This document shows, piece after piece, positions 63,095-64,000 of a stretch of DNA of 64,000 bases. Each line of letters begins with the position of its first letter. Positions within the stretch are counted from its first letter, which is position 1. Source of the DNA: a virus (lineage: Duplodnaviria; Heunggongvirae; Uroviricota; Caudoviricetes); IMG/VR virus record IMGVR_UViG_3300037851_000345, positions 60,067 through 124,066 of that record, one strand, 5' to 3'. The notes under the pieces were generated by a model. It had not been told where the DNA came from. It worked only from the letters and a program-made list of their open reading frames with translations, and ran no database searches. A program made the position numbers and the translations under genes.

Positions 63095-63808
63095 ATGGAA
63101 AAAGATATGAGTATGTCAACTGAAGAAATCGTTAATGCCTATAATGCTCAGTTGTTAGAAGAAGAAACACTTATTCAAAAGAAGAATGACAACATCAAAA
63201 GGATTGCTGAGTCTCGTTCAAAAGCAATTTCCCGCAAGGAAAGAATTGAAGAGATGAAGAAAAAAATCATGGAGAAGCGCAAACTGATGAAAGAGAAAAC
63301 TGAAGTCGACGAAAAGGTTAAAAAGACCTTGAAGGAGGCAGATGATGAGGAAAAATGGGAGATTGAGGGAGAAGAGGATATTGAAGTAGAGGACGAGGAA
63401 ACCCCTGAAGAGGAAGAAGTTGAAGACGAGGAAGAAGTTGAAGACGAGGAAGAAGTTGAAGACGAGGAAGAAGTTGAAGACGAGGAAGAAGCAGTCGAAA
63501 AACTTCCTGAATCCAAGCAGGCAATCCTCAAAAAAATTGCTGAACGGAAACGTCAAGATATCCTGAAGAAAATCGCAGAACGCAAGGCCAAGGCTGAGAG
63601 TGCTGTGAAAGTGGAAGAGAAGAAAGAGGTTAAGGAACCTATCAAGGAAAAGAAAGAGGTTCGGGTTGGTGCTCTTTTGGAGGCGGCAGAGGGCGACAAG
63701 AAACGCAGATTCTCCGTTTACCGTGAAGAGAAGACCCATTTCTTCCTAAAGGAACTTGGCACGGGTAAGACCTTCAAGATTGCAAAGGAAAAAGTAGAAC
63801 TCGTGTAA
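63095..63808 (+). CDS. Charged coiled-coil late protein with acidic repeat (prohead core-like)
   Basis: AAGGAGG RBS; EEEVED repeats; several LxE sites. Confidence 0.65.
   Translation: MEKDMSMSTEEIVNAYNAQLLEEETLIQKKNDNIKRIAESRSKAISRKERIEEMKKKIMEKRKLMKEKTEVDEKVKKTLKEADDEEKWEIEGEEDIEVEDEETPEEEEVEDEEEVEDEEEVEDEEEVEDEEEAVEKLPESKQAILKKIAERKRQDILKKIAERKAKAESAVKVEEKKEVKEPIKEKKEVRVGALLEAAEGDKKRRFSVYREEKTHFFLKELGTGKTFKIAKEKVELV
63410..63491 (+). repeat. 18-bp perfect tandem repeat x4.5
   Basis: GAGGAAGAAGTTGAAGAC x4 plus a 10-bp partial copy. Confidence 0.95.
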
Positions 63809-63818
63809 CTACGATAAT

Positions 63819-63857
63819 AAAAATGGCCCTTAGTCTATGATTAGGGGCCATTTTTTT
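63819..63857 (+). terminator. Rho-independent terminator
   Basis: AAAAATGGCCCTTAG-TCTATGA-TTAGGGGCCATTTTTTT. Confidence 0.85.
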
Positions 63858-63880
63858 AAACACAAAAATGACGAAAAACA

Positions 63881-63887
63881 ATAAATA
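63881..63887 (+). promoter_or_regulatory. Late promoter
   Basis: ATAAATA followed by ATAGTGTAGG, as at 61347. Confidence 0.5.
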
Positions 63888-64000
63888 ATAGTGTAGGGAC
63901 AGGGGATGCAACCCTTTCCAAAAAGCCAATTCTTTAAGGAAAGAAGCAATCAAAAAGAGATACATTGATAATAGAGAACAAATTTTAATTCGACAAAAAA

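Noticed and set aside
836-63965. Many minus-strand and off-frame ORFs in the track (e.g. 3334-4170, 11443-12180, 12601-13473, 36284-36949, 46631-47368, 51059-51721)
   Set aside because: They are shadows of well-supported + strand genes, with no RBS or motifs. Biased codon usage removes antisense stops. Only the dcm-nested + frame has independent protein-motif support.
1-64000. tRNA, rRNA or CRISPR array
   Set aside because: I saw no cloverleaf with T-arm/CCA context and no regularly spaced repeat-spacer array. The promoter cassettes are irregularly dispersed and the 18-bp repeat has no spacers.

Overview
This window is a segment of a large T4-superfamily (T4-like myovirus) phage genome. All credible genes lie on the + strand and use the standard code. 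T4 core homologues are present in rearranged order: gp46, UvsW, a likely gp59, RNase H, UvsY, gp45/44/62 clamp and loader, gp43 PolB, gp4, gp2, portal gp20, protease gp21, scaffold gp22, capsid gp23 and neck gp13. Auxiliary genes include class II NrdJ, ThyX, a C5 DNA methyltransferase with an overlapping second frame, a B12-type radical SAM protein, a RuvC-like resolvase, a DEDDh exonuclease, an SLT, Hsp20, a SpeD-like protein, a GT2, an NDT-like protein and two HNH endonucleases plus fragments. Two promoter classes recur: an extended -10 TGTGGTATAAT (11 copies) and a T4-late-like (A/C)TAAATA. I found no tRNA, CRISPR array, intron or intein. The most striking unexplained signals are: (1) a ~20-aa module (L-T/K-K/R-EDI-x-KYGT-x-EE-xx-FLxE) found 8 times on unrelated, mostly late-promoter ORFs, proposed as a portable capsid-targeting/gp21-cleavage tag; (2) a perfect 13-bp inverted repeat bracketing the hsp20 transcript; (3) a dual-frame DNA methyltransferase; (4) a late-expressed signal-peptide/beta-barrel/PKD protein. 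All product calls come from reading motifs by eye; no database searches were run.
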